From: Acaryochloris thomasi RCC1774
Lineage (GTDB): Bacteria; Cyanobacteriota; Cyanobacteriia; Thermosynechococcales; Thermosynechococcaceae
Length of the DNA: 32,000 bases
Direction of reading: 5' to 3'
Assembly (NCBI RefSeq): GCF_003231495.1
Contig: NZ_PQWO01000012.1
Location: 90,001 to 122,000, forward strand
This document shows positions 8,397-17,221 of the stretch, piece after piece. How positions within the stretch are numbered: position 1 is the stretch's first letter; each line of letters starts with the position of its first letter. The position numbers and the translations under genes are program-made. Below the pieces are notes generated by a model. That model was not told where the DNA came from and did no database searches. It worked only from the letters and a program-made list of their open reading frames with translations.

Positions 8397-9818
8397 CTAT
8401 TCCTGGATACAGACTTCGCCAGCGCCTTGATGCATTGTTTTCACCCACTTCAGCCGCTTCGGCCTCACGGACATACGAGCAGCAATACTTGCCACCACCA
8501 CGAACCAGTGGCACATATACAGCGTTCCCTGCAGGGTCTGAGCCATCAACACCAAAGGCTGAAAGGGCTGCTCCTGCTGGCGTCGCACCTTATCTAAGCC
8601 AGCACACATCCCGACCAAAGATAGCCCTAGCGTAATGCCGGTAATCGGGGTCAGCAAAGGCAGTTGGCTACGGGTCGTCGCCATCAGCAAATCGGGAACC
8701 GCCGCAGACGGCAAAAAGTATTGCGTAATCCAGAACATTAGCAAATCAACTGACTTGCGCAGGCCGAGCTGATTGCGAATCAGTAACGGCCAATAATCTA
8801 AATACCGCTGATACCCTCCCTCAGCCCACCGATTGCGCTGGTGCCAAAGCGAAATCGCTTGAGTCACGCCCTCCTCTTGAACCGCAGGCTGAAACAAGAA
8901 GTCGATATCCCACTCGCTTAGATGCAAACGCAGCGTTAGATCGAGATCATCTGTAATCGTTTCTTCATTCCAGCCACCACACTCTTTGAGTGCCGCGCGC
9001 CGCACAAATTGACCATTGCCCCGCAGTTCACCAATGCCCCCTAGAGCAATCCGCCGCTTCTGCCAAAAGGCATCTAGAATCATCTCTGAGCTTTGACCTC
9101 GGGTCCAGAAATTTGTGGAGGCATTTGCAATCGCTTTTCGCACCTGTACTGCTCCCACCCGTGGCCGCTCAAAGAAAGGAACAATCTGTCGCAGCAAACC
9201 TGGCGTCACCCTGGCATCGGCATCAAAAACACCAATAATATCTCCATTCGTCAACGGCAAGATCTGATTCAGGGCACCGGACTTCCCTCCCGCTGCATCT
9301 GCCGCTCGTCGCTTGAGCTGAAGCTGCGGGTATTTTTGGGTCAGCGTCTGCAAAACCTGGAACGTATCGTCTGTGCTGTTATCATCAACCACCCACAGCT
9401 CATAACGGCTAGCTGGATAATCAACCGCACAAAGTGTGTCAACAAGATCGCTAATCACTGACGCCTCATTTTTAGCGGCCACCAGCAAAGAAACGTAAGG
9501 GTAGTCACTCTCCGCAAGATCTGAGCCAAGTGGCTCTGGCACAGGCATAGCCTGCGCACACAGCAGGCGCAAAGCATGAACGCCCATCAAGGTCGTCATG
9601 CCATAGACGAGCCAAACCCCACCTGACATCAGATGCAGCGCAATCGTGCTACTCCAAACCAATGCCAAAACCAAGGCTGCCTTACGGCGGCGACCTTCTC
9701 CCCCTGGATAATCGGGCGGCTCTTCCATCTCCGAGAGTTCTGCAGCTTCCATCAGCGCAGCGCTAAGAGACTTAGGCGAGCTGCAAAAATCTTTTTCGGG
9801 CCAGGAATTCTCCGGCAT
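8397..9818 (-). CDS. Polytopic family-2 glycosyltransferase (processive-synthase-type motifs; possibly glucosyl-diacylglycerol-synthase-like)
   Basis: N- and C-terminal hydrophobic helices flank a GT2 core: VAAKNE, VVDDNSTDDT, GKSGALN, GVFDADA, ITDDLDL, QRNRWAEGG (QxxRW). ATG 9818 overlaps the upstream gene by 47 nt. ATG 9752 would remove the overlap. Confidence 0.8.
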   Translation of the reverse strand: MPENSWPEKDFCSSPKSLSAALMEAAELSEMEEPPDYPGGEGRRRKAALVLALVWSSTIALHLMSGGVWLVYGMTTLMGVHALRLLCAQAMPVPEPLGSDLAESDYPYVSLLVAAKNEASVISDLVDTLCAVDYPASRYELWVVDDNSTDDTFQVLQTLTQKYPQLQLKRRAADAAGGKSGALNQILPLTNGDIIGVFDADARVTPGLLRQIVPFFERPRVGAVQVRKAIANASTNFWTRGQSSEMILDAFWQKRRIALGGIGELRGNGQFVRRAALKECGGWNEETITDDLDLTLRLHLSEWDIDFLFQPAVQEEGVTQAISLWHQRNRWAEGGYQRYLDYWPLLIRNQLGLRKSVDLLMFWITQYFLPSAAVPDLLMATTRSQLPLLTPITGITLGLSLVGMCAGLDKVRRQQEQPFQPLVLMAQTLQGTLYMCHWFVVVASIAARMSVRPKRLKWVKTMHQGAGEVCIQE

Positions 9819-10746
9819 AGGTCACTTGATTTAACAACCAATACTTATCAACACCTTTAAAGAAGCTAGGGATGAGATAGCACCAAACGGTACAACCATC
9901 ACATACAGATAGCTTGCCCTGCGACTGTCTATATTCTTCTACCGTTTCAGACTCGCGATACAGTTCATAAAGACGACCTGCAATCGGAACCCCCTGCTGG
10001 GCAAAGTGGTAGCACGGCAGCAGTAGTTCATCATTGGGAGAGATGGCAATCACAGCATCAACCGCCTTGCAGCGGGGCTGATTAATATCGTTGCCCCCAT
10101 CTCGGATGAAGGCTAGCGCCGCCTTGTTGTAGCCGAGATTGGGATACTGACGGGCGCTACTTTCAATCGCCGCCACAATCTCAGGAGTCGGATTCTTTTT
10201 GTCATTGTAGTGGCTATGGGCCGTGAAGGCAGGGTTCAACCAGACTCTTACCCCTAGCTGCTGTGCGAGTTCAGCGATCTCGTGCAGGCGCGTGTAGTTC
10301 TGGGCCGTCACCGTATGGTTGAGTACCGGATATTCACCTAGCTCCAGTGCGATCTGCACGGAGTTAACCAGGGTCTCAAAAATTTGAACCCCCCTTGACT
10401 GGTCGTGAGTTTCAGCATTTGCACCATCCAAAGAGAAGTTAAGGAAATCAACGAGGCCCTTAATCTCTTGCGCTTTTTGAGGATACAGAATGGTATTCGT
10501 GGTCATGCTGGTATAGAAGCCCAGCGCCTTTGCTCTTTGATAAATCTCCCCGACATCAGAGCGCAACAGCGGCTCCCCGCCAGTAAAGTCAACGTACTTG
10601 ACGCCCAACCGCTTTAGGTCGTTTAGATTATGGGTAATCGTCTCCAGGCTAGCTTCTTGCCCTGGCTCAAGGGACCAAATATCGCAAAAATGACAGCGGG
10701 CATTACAGCGGTAAGTCAAATAGTAATTAGCGACGAGTGGTGCCAT
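9772..10746 (-). CDS. Radical SAM protein with C-terminal auxiliary-cluster-like cysteines
   Basis: YYLTYRCNARCHFCDIW (CxxxCxxC), VDFTGGEPLL, and C-terminal C-x18-C ... CDGCTVWC. The ORF-track start at 10818 is TTG. ATG at 10746 (MAPLVANYY) is preferred. Confidence 0.8.
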   Translation of the reverse strand: MAPLVANYYLTYRCNARCHFCDIWSLEPGQEASLETITHNLNDLKRLGVKYVDFTGGEPLLRSDVGEIYQRAKALGFYTSMTTNTILYPQKAQEIKGLVDFLNFSLDGANAETHDQSRGVQIFETLVNSVQIALELGEYPVLNHTVTAQNYTRLHEIAELAQQLGVRVWLNPAFTAHSHYNDKKNPTPEIVAAIESSARQYPNLGYNKAALAFIRDGGNDINQPRCKAVDAVIAISPNDELLLPCYHFAQQGVPIAGRLYELYRESETVEEYRQSQGKLSVCDGCTVWCYLIPSFFKGVDKYWLLNQVTYAGEFLARKRFLQLA

Positions 10747-11055
10747 CGGACTCAGTTCACAATCATGGATGGGGCAAAAGCGGCCGCCTCGGGACTGCGG
10801 CAAATGGGCAACCAGCAAATCTTACCTTGAGGACTCAAATAATCCCCACTGCTGCCTTCCTCACCTATACCATAAAGTTAAGTTAAGTACTCTTCTAATC
10901 TTAATTCTCAAGGGGAAAACTAACCTGCTTATTCTTTACCCAGACAGAAACAGGCTCAGGTTAAATTTGGGCCAGATCGCAAGAATCAAGAGGCATTGGC
11001 CCATACTGCATATATAAAGATTTTTCAGTGCATCATCTGTAAGGACCAGTTATCT

Positions 11056-11436
11056 ATGGCTGCTGTGATCGAAACCATTCAACCTGCCCCACCGAGAGAT
11101 GTGAATGTCTATCTCCCCTACTATCAGGGCGGAAAGCGAGACCTTCTCCCCTTGGCAATTTCGCTCTACCAGCAAGGGAACTTAGAGGGGTATCGGGGCA
11201 TTGAGGGCGGGGATAATATTCCTTTCGTCTCAACCTGGAACGTTTCCAGTCTTCCCGCAGACCTGACCCGCTGCCGCATGCAGTTTGAGAGCGACTCCGA
11301 TTTAAGCTATGAACTCACGATCACCAATTTTGAGTTCATAGGGTTCTTGATCGAAGTAATCACGAACTATCGACGTTCCAAAGTTGCCGACTTCCCTAAG
11401 ACCTTTTATCGTAAGCTTTTAAAGCTAGAAGATTGA
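11056..11436 (+). CDS. Hypothetical protein
   Basis: 126-aa ORF from ATG 11056 (MAAVIETIQ...). Its composition is non-repetitive and protein-like, and it sits immediately upstream of the DRTGG gene. I recognise no family. Confidence 0.5.
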   Translation: MAAVIETIQPAPPRDVNVYLPYYQGGKRDLLPLAISLYQQGNLEGYRGIEGGDNIPFVSTWNVSSLPADLTRCRMQFESDSDLSYELTITNFEFIGFLIEVITNYRRSKVADFPKTFYRKLLKLED

Positions 11437-11451
11437 GTTTAGCTCATCCAC

Positions 11452-12546
11452 TTGGGAAGGGATATCGCTGTGAAGCATCTGCTGATTGGCTCATTGGAAG
11501 CATATAGTGGCAAGTCAGCTACGATTTTGGGACTGGCACAGCAGCTACTCTCTAAAGATTTACAGGTCGCCTACGGTAAGCCGGTCAGTACTTTAACGGC
11601 ACCCTCATCCCCCGATGGTGCAGATGAGGATATCCAGTTTCTGAAAAAGACGCTGGGCTTGGCCACCTCCCAGCTCCGGCCGACAATTCTCTGGCTCGAT
11701 ACACCACGGCTTCTGCAGCGAATGCAAGGTGGTGACCAAATAGACTATCAGCAGCAGCTCGGTCAATACGGTGAGGGACATGAGGGCGATCTGGTTGTTC
11801 TAGAAGGCCCTAGCACACTCAATGAAGGCCAGCTCTTTGATTTATCGCTAGCTCAAATGGCTGCTGTTGTCGATGCTGAGATTGTTCTAATTGTGCGCGG
11901 TCATTCTCCAAAGCTCGTCGATGCGCTGGTGGATGCCAAGCGATGTTTAGGAGATCGGCTGCTGGGAGTATTGATTAACGATATTCCTGACGCGCAGTTT
12001 GACACGTTTACAAACCAGGTGAAGCCCTTTTTAGAAGCGCAGCAGATTGCGGTTTTTGGATTGATGCCTCGCAGTTCACTGCTGCGGAGCGTTAGTGTCC
12101 AAGAGCTAGTGGAGCAGCTTCAGGCAGAGGTTCTTTGTGGCGGAGACCGTTTGGGCCTAATGGTGGAGCAGCTCACGATTGGGGCCATGAACGTTAACTC
12201 TGCTCTCAAGTATTTTCATAAGGCAATCAACATGGCGGTGGTCACCGGTAGCGATCGCACCGATCTCCAGCTTGCCGCCTTAGAGGCTTCAACCCAGTGC
12301 CTAATTTTGACAGGCCGATTTGCGCCGAACACAATTGTTCTCAATCGCGCTGATGATCTAGAAATTCCGGTGCTGTTGGTGGATTCAGACACGCTAACCA
12401 CTGTCGAAATTGTGGATCGGGCCTTTGGACAGGTGCGGCTCCATGAGGCCGTCAAAGTGGAATACATTGAGCATCTGTTCAAGGAGCACTTTGATCTCGA
12501 TCGTTTATTGACGCTGTTAGGGCTAGCACCCGCGCTGTCGGCGTGA
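11452..12546 (+). CDS. Phosphotransacetylase-family (BioD-like N-terminal domain + DRTGG domain) protein
   Basis: N-terminal GSLEAYSGKSATILGLA P-loop-like segment. C-terminal VVTGSDRTDLQLAALE...LILTG (DRTGG). ORF start 11452 is TTG; GTG 11470 is an alternative. Confidence 0.75.
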   Translation: MGRDIAVKHLLIGSLEAYSGKSATILGLAQQLLSKDLQVAYGKPVSTLTAPSSPDGADEDIQFLKKTLGLATSQLRPTILWLDTPRLLQRMQGGDQIDYQQQLGQYGEGHEGDLVVLEGPSTLNEGQLFDLSLAQMAAVVDAEIVLIVRGHSPKLVDALVDAKRCLGDRLLGVLINDIPDAQFDTFTNQVKPFLEAQQIAVFGLMPRSSLLRSVSVQELVEQLQAEVLCGGDRLGLMVEQLTIGAMNVNSALKYFHKAINMAVVTGSDRTDLQLAALEASTQCLILTGRFAPNTIVLNRADDLEIPVLLVDSDTLTTVEIVDRAFGQVRLHEAVKVEYIEHLFKEHFDLDRLLTLLGLAPALSA

Positions 12547-12773
12547 AGAAGCAGAAGTTCCCTCATCTTTTGGGGTCTAAATGGACTGCCCGAGAGACAA
12601 CCTTTGGCTGGCGACATTTCCGGGTGATCAGTCGCAAGAATGAAGGGACGTTAGTGTTTGCCGAGCTCGTGTCGGCCTGTGACCCCAGCGTTCGATTTTG
12701 GACAAGTACAAAATCGTTGGGCGATCGCGACCTCTGGCAGCCGGGTTGGAAAACTTTAAAAGAGCAGGCTTAA
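12543..12773 (+). CDS. Trp-rich small conserved protein (TIGR02450-like)
   Basis: 76 aa. LLGSKWTA...HFRV...LWQPGWK matches my memory of the TIGR02450 family. GTG start overlaps the upstream stop (GTGA). Confidence 0.65.
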   Translation: MKKQKFPHLLGSKWTARETTFGWRHFRVISRKNEGTLVFAELVSACDPSVRFWTSTKSLGDRDLWQPGWKTLKEQA

Positions 12774-13111
12774 CCGCCGCTCACTTTGACGGGGTACCCG
12801 AGTTTCTTTAGCGCTTCTGCTAGCTTCTGGCTGTGATCACCTTGAATTTCAATGGTCTGCTCTTTAACGGTGCCGCCGCTCCCGCACTGACTTTTCAGCT
12901 TCTTTGCTAGCTCTGTCAGTTTGGCGGCTGAAATCTGAAAACCGCTCACCACCGTCACTGTTTTGCCTTTACGGCCCTTTCGAGAGGCCTGCACCGTCAG
13001 CTTTTGCTCTGAGGTCGGCGGGTCCGGTCGCGAGAGGGGATTGGCTTCAGCACCACCAAACTCACTGTAGACAGCGCGGTCGGTGGCGGGGTTTTGCTTT
13101 GAACGTTTCAT
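12770..13111 (-). CDS. SUI1/eIF1-family translation initiation factor
   Basis: GRKGKTVTVVSGF...LAKKLKSQCGSGGTVKEQTIEIQGDHSQKL...LGYPVKVSGG is typical of the SUI1 (YciH-like) domain. Confidence 0.85.
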   Translation of the reverse strand: MKRSKQNPATDRAVYSEFGGAEANPLSRPDPPTSEQKLTVQASRKGRKGKTVTVVSGFQISAAKLTELAKKLKSQCGSGGTVKEQTIEIQGDHSQKLAEALKKLGYPVKVSGG

Positions 13112-13203
13112 GGCGCACGTTTTCTATACTTTTGGGCTACGGTCGTGTCGAGAGGGATTTGAGATAAGATCGGAGCCTGACCGTTTACCCTATCACCCAT
13201 ACC

Positions 13204-14607
13204 ATGAGCCAAGGCACACTGTTTGATAAAGTCTGGGATTTACACACGGTGGGGGTTTTGCCCTCCGGTCAGACTCAGCTATTTATTGGTTTGCACTTAA
13301 TTCACGAGGTCACGAGTCCCCAGGCATTTGCCATGTTGAAGGAGCGAGGGCTAAAGGTTCTCTACCCACAGCGGACGATCGCAACGGTAGACCACATTGT
13401 CCCCACTGAAGATCAGGCTCGCCCCTTTGCCGATGTGCTTGCAGAGGAAATGATGCAGGCGCTAGAGCAAAGCTGCAAAGAACACAACATTACCTTCCAC
13501 AATATTGGCTCGGGCAATCAGGGGATTGTGCATGTGATTGCCCCAGAACAGGGACTGACGCAGCCAGGGATGACCATTGCCTGCGGAGATAGTCATACGT
13601 CAACTCATGGAGCTTTTGGTGCGATCTCATTTGGTATCGGCACCAGCCAAGTCCGTGATGTCCTTGCCTCTCAGACCCTCGCCCTCGCTAAGCTGAAGGT
13701 TCGCCGGGTCGAAGTCAACGGCTCCCTCAGGTCTGGGGTATACGCCAAAGACGTAATCCTCCACATCATTCGCAACTTGGGCGTCAAGGGCGGCGTGGGC
13801 TACGCCTATGAGTTTGCAGGGACTACCTTTGAGCAGATGAACATGGAAGAGCGGATGACCGTCTGCAATATGTCCATCGAAGGTGGTGCGCGGTGTGGCT
13901 ACGTGAACCCTGATCAAATTACGTTCGATTATATACAAGGTAAAGACTTTGCCCCCAAAGCAGCAGACTGGGAGCAGGCCGTTTCATGGTGGACCAGCCT
14001 CCAAAGCGATCCAGATGCCGTATACGACGATGTTGTTGTATTTGACGCTGCAGACATTGCCCCCACCGTCACTTGGGGCATCACACCCGGCCAAGGAATC
14101 GCTGTCAATGAGGTCGTTCCACGACCTGAGGCTCTGCCAGAGTCAGAGCGCGTCATTGCCTCTGAGGCGTATAAATATATGGAGCTAGAGGCCGGTGCGC
14201 CTATACAAGGTACAAAGGTAGACGTCTGTTTTATCGGCAGCTGCACCAATGGACGGCTGAGCGATCTGCAAGAAGTTGCCCACTTTGCCAAAGGGAAGCA
14301 CGTTGCCAAAGGCGTAAAAGCCTTTGTTGTTCCGGGTTCTGAACGGGTCAAGCAGCAGGCTGAAGCTGAAGGTTTAGACAAAATCTTTCAAGAAGCTGGT
14401 TTTGAATGGCGTGAGGCAGGCTGCTCCATGTGCTTAGCCATGAATCCCGACAAGCTACAGGGCAATCAGTTAAGCGCCTCATCTTCTAATCGCAACTTCA
14501 AAGGGCGGCAAGGCTCATCTTCAGGACGGACGTTGCTCATGAGTCCGGTGATGGTGGCGGCCGCAGCCGTAACCGGTGAAGTTACCGATGTTCGCAGTTT
14601 GATCTAG
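13204..14607 (+). CDS. leuC: 3-isopropylmalate dehydratase large subunit
   Basis: 467 aa. [14 protein letters not shown]..., [33 protein letters not shown] (aconitase-family cluster ligands). Confidence 0.95.
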   Translation: MSQGTLFDKVWDLHTVGVLPSGQTQLFIGLHLIHEVTSPQAFAMLKERGLKVLYPQRTIATVDHIVPTEDQARPFADVLAEEMMQALEQSCKEHNITFHNIGSGNQGIVHVIAPEQGLTQPGMTIACGDSHTSTHGAFGAISFGIGTSQVRDVLASQTLALAKLKVRRVEVNGSLRSGVYAKDVILHIIRNLGVKGGVGYAYEFAGTTFEQMNMEERMTVCNMSIEGGARCGYVNPDQITFDYIQGKDFAPKAADWEQAVSWWTSLQSDPDAVYDDVVVFDAADIAPTVTWGITPGQGIAVNEVVPRPEALPESERVIASEAYKYMELEAGAPIQGTKVDVCFIGSCTNGRLSDLQEVAHFAKGKHVAKGVKAFVVPGSERVKQQAEAEGLDKIFQEAGFEWREAGCSMCLAMNPDKLQGNQLSASSSNRNFKGRQGSSSGRTLLMSPVMVAAAAVTGEVTDVRSLI

Positions 14608-14650
14608 AGGTGTTTTCTGCGAAATATTCTCCGTCTAGCTTGCGAACCCT

Positions 14651-14676
14651 GTATATATGCTGCGCTTTATATATAC
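14651..14676. repeat. AT-only perfect inverted repeat in the leuC-GT2 spacer
   Basis: GTATATAT (14651-14658) and ATATATAC (14669-14676) are separated by 10 nt. An 8-bp inverted repeat is not rare by chance in 32 kb. Its all-A/T composition in a short spacer is what caught my eye. Confidence 0.3.
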
Positions 14677-14707
14677 AACGTAGCTTGGGAATGTCAGCGT
14701 AAAACCG

Positions 14708-15706
14708 ATGCTCAAACCTCAGTATTCCTTCATTGTTCCTGTTTTTAATGAAGAAGAGACCCTTCCTGAGTTGTATAAACGGGTGAGTGCCGTTATGGAT
14801 CAGATGGACGGTCCCGTCGAGCTGGTTCTAGTGAATGATGGCAGCAATGATCGATCTTTAGCCGAGATGCGGGTGCTTCGGCAGCGGGACTCACGGGTTT
14901 GCTACGTGAGCTTAGCGCGCAACTTCGGCCATCAGACGGCCGTGACGGCGGGGCTAAATTTTATTCAAGGTCAAGTTGCGGTGATTCTCGATGCCGATTT
15001 ACAGGATCCGCCAGAGTTGATTCCTGAGATGGTTGGTCTATGGCAACAGGGGTATCAAGTTGTGTACGCACAGCGGTCGAGGCGTCGTCATGCAGGATGG
15101 TTTAAAAGACTGACGGCCTATGGCTTTTATCGCATTCTGCAAAGATTGTCAGATGTCACAATACCCAGCGACACCGGTGATTTTTGTTTGTTGGATCGTC
15201 AAGTCGTTGATCTACTCAACGCAATGCCAGAAAGAAATCGCTATATTCGCGGGTTGCGATCGTGGGTTGGTTTTAGGCAGACGGCCATTCGCTTTGAACG
15301 AGATTCTCGCTTTGCTGGTGAGGTCAAGTACACCCTGCGTAAGTCCTTCGCCCTAGCAATTAACAGCATCCTCTCGTTTTCACAGGTGCCGTTGCGCTTG
15401 GCAACATATCTAGGGCTGCTGTCAGCCAGTTTTGCCCTAATCATGATGTTTGTCGTGCTTTACTGGCGATTGTTTAGTATCTCCCCTCAGCTTGTTGGGT
15501 TTAGCATTATCACCATTGCCCAATTTTTTCTGGGGGCCGTACAGCTAATCTGCATCGGAATTTTGGGGGAGTACATTGGGCGCATATACGAAGAAGTCAA
15601 AGCTCGCCCTTTATACACAGTTAGCGAGATTGTAGGTCTTAGCAACACAGAAGACAATCGACGCGAATCCTTGCCCTGTTATCGGAACAAGGACTCTGGC
15701 GTATAG
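14708..15706 (+). CDS. Family-2 glycosyltransferase, polyprenyl-phosphate sugar transferase type (GtrB/ArnC/DPM1-like)
   Basis: [42 protein letters not shown]. Two C-terminal TM helices are followed by [12 protein letters not shown]. Confidence 0.85.
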   Translation: MLKPQYSFIVPVFNEEETLPELYKRVSAVMDQMDGPVELVLVNDGSNDRSLAEMRVLRQRDSRVCYVSLARNFGHQTAVTAGLNFIQGQVAVILDADLQDPPELIPEMVGLWQQGYQVVYAQRSRRRHAGWFKRLTAYGFYRILQRLSDVTIPSDTGDFCLLDRQVVDLLNAMPERNRYIRGLRSWVGFRQTAIRFERDSRFAGEVKYTLRKSFALAINSILSFSQVPLRLATYLGLLSASFALIMMFVVLYWRLFSISPQLVGFSIITIAQFFLGAVQLICIGILGEYIGRIYEEVKARPLYTVSEIVGLSNTEDNRRESLPCYRNKDSGV

Positions 15707-15716
15707 AGTAACGAGG

Positions 15717-16832
15717 CTAGCTAGCAGGTAGAAAATAGAAAGAAAGCCCAAGGACCACGTAGGCCGCAAGCAGCAGAATACCTTCTAGCCAGTTCGATTT
15801 GCCATCAGAGCTGATCGAATTGGCAATCAAGACTGCGACGACAACCGCCACTAGCTCAAACGGATTGAAGTCTAGATCCATTGGCTGCCCTAAGAACCAG
15901 CCTGCAATCACTAGGATAGGGGCTACAAACAGGGCAATTTGTAAGCTCGACCCCACAGCCACCGAAACAGAAAGGTCCATTTTGTCTTTCATGGCTACGG
16001 TGACGGCGGTGGTATGTTCTGCTGCATTGCCAATAATCGGTAGCAAAATGACGCCAGTAAAGAGTGGCGTTAAGCCCAACTGTTCTGTTGCCACCTCTAA
16101 ACTGCCGACCAAGAGTTCAGACTCTATGGCGACGGCTAAAGTTGCAGCCAATAAAACACCCACCCATAGCTTCAAATTGGGGGGGGCGTGTTCTGCTGCC
16201 TCAACTTCCTTTTCCTCAGTACCCGCAACACCCACGTCGTAGAGATAAGAATGCGTCTTCATTGAGAATAGAAGTGTGAGACCGTAAACCAGAATTAAAA
16301 CAATGGCCACGCCAATCGATAATTTTTCAATCTCGTTGAGTGCCAAGCCCCGGTCTGAAGAGAACTGAATCGCGGTGGGCAGCAAAATTGCGATCACAGC
16401 TAAATTCATTGATGAAGCGTTAACGCGAGCCACCACCGGCTGAAACTCCTGTTCTTTGTAGCGCAGTCCCCCTAGGAACATGGATAAACCCATGACCAGT
16501 AAGAGGTTGCCAATAATCGATCCGGTAATGCTGGCTTTGACCACTTCCACCAGTCCGGCGCGGAGGGCAATCAAGGCAATGATCAGTTCTGTCGCATTGC
16601 CGAATGTGGCGTTGAGCAGCCCACCTGCAGAGGGACCGACAACCACAGCGATCTCTTCTGTTGCAGCCCCCATCCAAGAGGCGAGGGGGACGATAGCCAA
16701 TGCTGACAGAATGAAAACCGTCAGCGATCCCCAATGAAGTAAGTGGGCGGCAATGGAGATAGGGATAAAGACGAGCAGAGCGATAAAGATACGATCTTTT
16801 AAGGTCACAGATTTCAGCCTAGGTAGCAGCAA
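15717..16832 (-). CDS. Ca2+/H+ antiporter (CAX/ChaA family)
   Basis: Polytopic 371-aa ORF with the paired alpha-repeat motifs [10 protein letters not shown] and [10 protein letters not shown]. The start is TTG and no upstream ATG is available. Confidence 0.85.
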   Translation of the reverse strand: MLLPRLKSVTLKDRIFIALLVFIPISIAAHLLHWGSLTVFILSALAIVPLASWMGAATEEIAVVVGPSAGGLLNATFGNATELIIALIALRAGLVEVVKASITGSIIGNLLLVMGLSMFLGGLRYKEQEFQPVVARVNASSMNLAVIAILLPTAIQFSSDRGLALNEIEKLSIGVAIVLILVYGLTLLFSMKTHSYLYDVGVAGTEEKEVEAAEHAPPNLKLWVGVLLAATLAVAIESELLVGSLEVATEQLGLTPLFTGVILLPIIGNAAEHTTAVTVAMKDKMDLSVSVAVGSSLQIALFVAPILVIAGWFLGQPMDLDFNPFELVAVVVAVLIANSISSDGKSNWLEGILLLAAYVVLGLSFYFLPAS

Positions 16833-17221
16833 TCAAACAGGGAAACTTCAAAAGCCCTCCAATTTTGGGGGATTGAGAGGGCGAACGCAACAGCACATCT
16901 GGAACCGACTCTCAGAGGACAATCGCTTGATGAGCAGGAAGGAACTCACATATGCTCCATCTATCACTAATGAATGCTACTGTGGTCTCCCATTTCTTTG
17001 AGAAACCTTAAGTTCTGAGCTGGGATCAACATTTTTGAGTGGGGATCGCTTAGCTTGGGCCAAGATATTGTACCCACCGTAGTCCTAGGCGTCCTGAATG
17101 CTTCCTCGGTTAAACCGCTTGGGAAATTCTGGACCTAGCAGACCGAGAAATTTTGATAGACCGTTGCTTCGAGTCTGGAGTGTCCTCTGCCTCGAACTGT
17201 TCTAATTTGGTAACCTCTCTC

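Noticed and set aside
10405-11017. Plus-strand ORFs of 66-82 aa over the radical-SAM gene start and the AT-rich spacer
   Set aside because: They are antisense to the radical-SAM gene or lie in a probable divergent promoter region. They have poor start contexts.
13627-14381. Minus-strand ORFs (103 and 150 aa) inside leuC
   Set aside because: leuC is unambiguous over this span. The antisense ORFs have no recognisable features.
13204-14607. leuC without an adjacent leuD
   Set aside because: Unlinked leuC and leuD genes occur in bacteria. This alone is not evidence of anything unusual.
15799-16737. Several 70-147-aa ORFs on both strands inside the CAX antiporter gene
   Set aside because: They are alternative-frame or antisense shadows of a polytopic membrane gene. 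Their translations are T/S/A/P-rich and lack motifs.
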